64,000 nt of DNA from Octopus sinensis (Eukaryota), in contig NC_043006.1 of assembly GCF_006345805.1 (NCBI RefSeq), forward strand, positions 54,126,001 through 54,190,000, given 5' to 3'. This document shows, one piece after another, positions 60,796 through 64,000 of this stretch; position 1 is the stretch's first letter, and every line of letters starts with the position of its first letter. The notes under the pieces are model-generated. The model was given only the letters and a program-made list of their open reading frames with translations, was not told the origin of the DNA and made no database searches. Made by a program: the position numbers and the translations under genes.

Positions 60796-62011
60796 TGTGT
60801 GTGTGTGTATTATACACATGGATATTTATACACACTAGGACACACTCATACAATATGACTGGGGTAGTGGAGGATACCTTGAAGAAAGAGGGTTTTCATG
60901 CTCAATACACGCATAGTAGAGACTCATATAGCAGTGAGTCCAAAATCTTCAGTCAACCCAGCAATGATTAAACAAAAACTCCCTCCAGTGTTTGAAAGTG
61001 TAACCAATATGAAGTATATATGAATGTATTGGAAAATGGATGTAATATAATGATGTGTGTGTGTGTATACATGCATACATCCACACACACAGACTGTTGC
61101 TCAAACAGCTTGCTACCTCCTGCTGTCTATCCGGTTGACTCCAAGAATCTGTGTGTTTTTGTGCTTAACATATGCATATACATTTATATAAATATATATA
61201 TATATATATCATCATCATCGTTTAACGTCCGTTAAACGATGATGATGATGATATATATATATAATACAGTACAGGGATATAGTGAGAAATTATAAATTTA
61301 ACAACCTGTTGAGTTGTGATGTTTATATGGTAGAATTGCTAGAAAATGTATTTTATTTTGTTATCAGTTGGATATGGAGAGATCTATCCTCTCGGGCTGG
61401 TTAGGATTAATGTGGTTTGGAATTCTGTTGAGAATTTGGGTCCAAACAATGATTTATTAAAGGCCTCATCACCTGAAGAAGCATAATTTAGAAAACTGTT
61501 TTGTGTGTATACATATTGAGACAAAATTTGTGTTTGTGCATGTTTGATTGATTTACATTTGTTTTACCATACTGATGCTCTTCCTGTTGCTAACCTCTTA
61601 CAACATACATGGACATGATGTTCCCATTCTACATCTGGGTCCTATATACAGTAATGTACATGCACAAACACACATGTGCATGCATGCATACACACACACT
61701 CACTAACTTTGATGAATAATTTTCCACAACTAAAGGTAACTTGATTTGTACAAAAGTGTTAAATTTAGTCTTTATACAGTACTCAAGGTTCAGGGATTAT
61801 TTGAATTTCATTAAGTTACCTGTGGCTTGTACTCAAAGAGAGAGAATTTTGATTGTGCCAACATTCATCAGCATCAGGCTGAAAATCTGATGACTGTTCA
61901 GGCATCCATCAGTTGTACTTTCTCTGAGTACAATCAGCATACAACTGACTACATAAAATTTGAGTAGCACTCCTGTATTCTCAGTATTGTATAAAGATAT
62001 GTGTGTGTGTG

Positions 62012-62345
62012 TGAAGGCACATGGCTCAGTGGTTTGAGCATTGGACTCACAATCATGAGGTAGTGAGTTTGATTCCCGGGTAATGCTATATGTTGTGTTC
62101 TTCAGTAAGACACTTTATTTCATGTTGCTCCAGTTCACTCAGATGTAGAAATGGGTTGTGATGTCACTGGTTCCAAACTGTATTGGCCTTTGCCTTTCTC
62201 TTGGATAACATCAGTGGTGTGGAGAGGGGAGGCTAGTATGCATGGGCAACTGCTAGTCTTTAGTCTTCCATAAACAACCTTGCTTGGACTTGTGCCTCAG
62301 AGAGGAACTTTCTAAGTGTAATCCCATGGTCATTCATGACTGAAG
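62012..62345 (+). mobile_element. SINE family C, full length, diverged
   Basis: gtgaaggcacatggctcagtgg head; the body matches the reverse complement of 25645-25946. Confidence 0.85.
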
Positions 62346-63029
62346 TGGGTGATATATATATATATTCTAAAACTGACCAGATCAGGCCTCTCACAGATAT
62401 CCAGCAATGTTGTATCTTCAAAATATCAAAGCTACAAGATAATATAGGATTAATTTTATAAAATCTGCATAAATAAGTATTACATTTGACTGAATACTAA
62501 AGGGGTGAAAGACGCTTATAAGGCATTAATAGCCCCAAAAACCCTAGTTAACTAATACCTTAGTGAATTTAGCTGTTTGTCCCAATCAACTGAAACTTCA
62601 ATACACATATACAAGCACACCATCATCATCATCACTTAATGTTCACTTTTCTGTACCTGATGGAATGTGTTGAGACAGATTTTTCTGCAACAGGTATCCT
62701 TCTGTCTCGACTACCCTCACCTGTTTCCAAGTAAGGTAATATTTCCTCATTGCCAGATGTGTTTTCATGGAAGGTTGGATGCAAAGGAGACTGCTTGTAT
62801 GACAGTGATGCTCGTTTACAACTATCATATGGCATCAGGACCAGGAAACAGTTACAGGTACACACACACTTTCTGTCTACTAACTTGACTCATGAGGCCT
62901 TGACACTTAGTAGATGACACTTGCCTAAGGTATTAGTGGGACTAACCCTGAAACCATGCATGCAGCATGCATACACACTCAGGTTTATATATACATATGT
63001 GTGTGTGTGTGTGTGTAACATGTAAAAAA

Positions 63030-63268
63030 GCACCTGTGCCAGTGACACATAATGCACCCCCATGCTGGTGACATGCAAAAAGGCCCCATGCCAGTGACAT
63101 AAAAGGGCAACCAGTACACTCTGTAAAATGGTTGGTGTTAGGAAGGGCATCCAGCCATAGAAACCAAACCAATGCAGACACTGGAGCCTGGTGCAGCTCT
63201 GGCTTACCAGCTCTTGTCAAACCATCTAACCCATGCCAGCATGGAAAACAGACGTTAAATGATGATGA
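63030..63268 (+). mobile_element. RTE LINE 3' UTR fragment
   Basis: Ends ccatgccagcatggaaaacagacgttaaatgatgatgat. Confidence 0.85.
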
Positions 63269-63844
63269 TAGAGATATATGTACACACACCCAGTCACATC
63301 CATGTAAACATACGTACATATGTATACATGCACACAAAATCAGGATTTTATTAAAGTGATGATATGTTTGAAACATGATACTGATAGTGTCTCTGATTAT
63401 TTCTGTGATTTCTTTGTTTTAACTATGTTAATTTAAAAAAAAAACGTACATAAGTATAATATTGTAATATTTACTTAGTGATTGTTTTATCACCACCTAA
63501 ACAAGTAGAGTGAAATTTAATTCTTTGATGAAGAGGTGTAATAAGATTGAAACATGCCTAGTGTTGATTCCAGTACATACCAAAACGATTACTGATTGTG
63601 TTTCATTTTTCTCAGCATACAAATATTTTTAATGATACTTTTTATGTTCATTACCCTAAATATGATAACGCTAATTTGTCCTATCCACTATCTTGTTTGT
63701 TGATAATTAGGCAACTTTTATTCACAGAAATCAGAAAGTGGTTTTATCCAAGAACTGTTGTAGCAAGTGTGTCTGTGTGTGATAAAGAGTCAACAGTGAT
63801 GTAGTTCCCATTTTTCCTCTCTGATTCCTTCTGTCTTTCTATTT

Positions 63845-63854
63845 ATTATCTCTC

Positions 63855-63925
<71 letters not shown>
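63845..63925. repeat. (TCTG)n(TC)n microsatellite
   Basis: Direct reading. Confidence 0.97.
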
Positions 63926-63927
<2 letters not shown>

Positions 63928-64000
63928 TGAATGAGGTGGTGGGGAAAATTCTGTTATATCCATTAAGCTGCTATGGTAAGAAACCTGTCCTGAATCCGGG

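Noticed and set aside
60575-60853. IYIY-type ORFs here and throughout the window
   Set aside because: Translations of (TA)n, (CA)n and (GATA)n microsatellites.
58731-61500. Candidate TRIT1 exon 4 after AG sites at ~58730, ~58923 and ~61367
   Set aside because: None translates to the expected family sequence (LxxVDP...HPxDxRK region), and no suitable donors were found. Exon 4 is probably beyond the window or was missed.

Overview
This is AT-rich, repeat-saturated eukaryotic DNA. The SINE, RTE and Penelope-type landscape and the long (TA)n/(CA)n tracts point to an octopod cephalopod; that assignment is an inference. One gene is confidently recognisable: tRNA dimethylallyltransferase (TRIT1/MiaA family) on the + strand, with exons 1-3 at 26472-26600, 32972-33112 and 50170-50268. 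I did not find exon 4 onward. Its 17,057-nt intron 2 has U12 (minor-spliceosome) signals: donor GTATCCTTT and branch site TTCCTTGAC, with the branch A 12 nt from the intron end. A weaker, unidentified spliced gene runs on the - strand, divergent from TRIT1 (candidate exons 18756-19009 and 13808-13870). Its putative first exon is interrupted by a SINE concatemer with a 13-bp target-site duplication (TSD). The rest is mobile DNA: four tRNA-headed SINE families; RTE, Tx1/L1 and R4/Dong non-LTR fragments; a decayed Gypsy pol; pogo/Tigger, Tc1, rosa-like and mariner relics; and piggyBac, hAT and foldback MITEs. Several minimal type-I hammerhead-ribozyme motifs of the Penelope/retrozyme type are present. 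One has an intact core and lies sense in TRIT1 downstream of exon 3, one is split by a SINE, and one shows a possible G3-C8 core swap. Several near-perfect palindromes are also present. Most ORFs in the supplied track are microsatellite or SINE artefacts. Repeat boundaries were read by eye and are approximate unless TIR or TSD positions are quoted.
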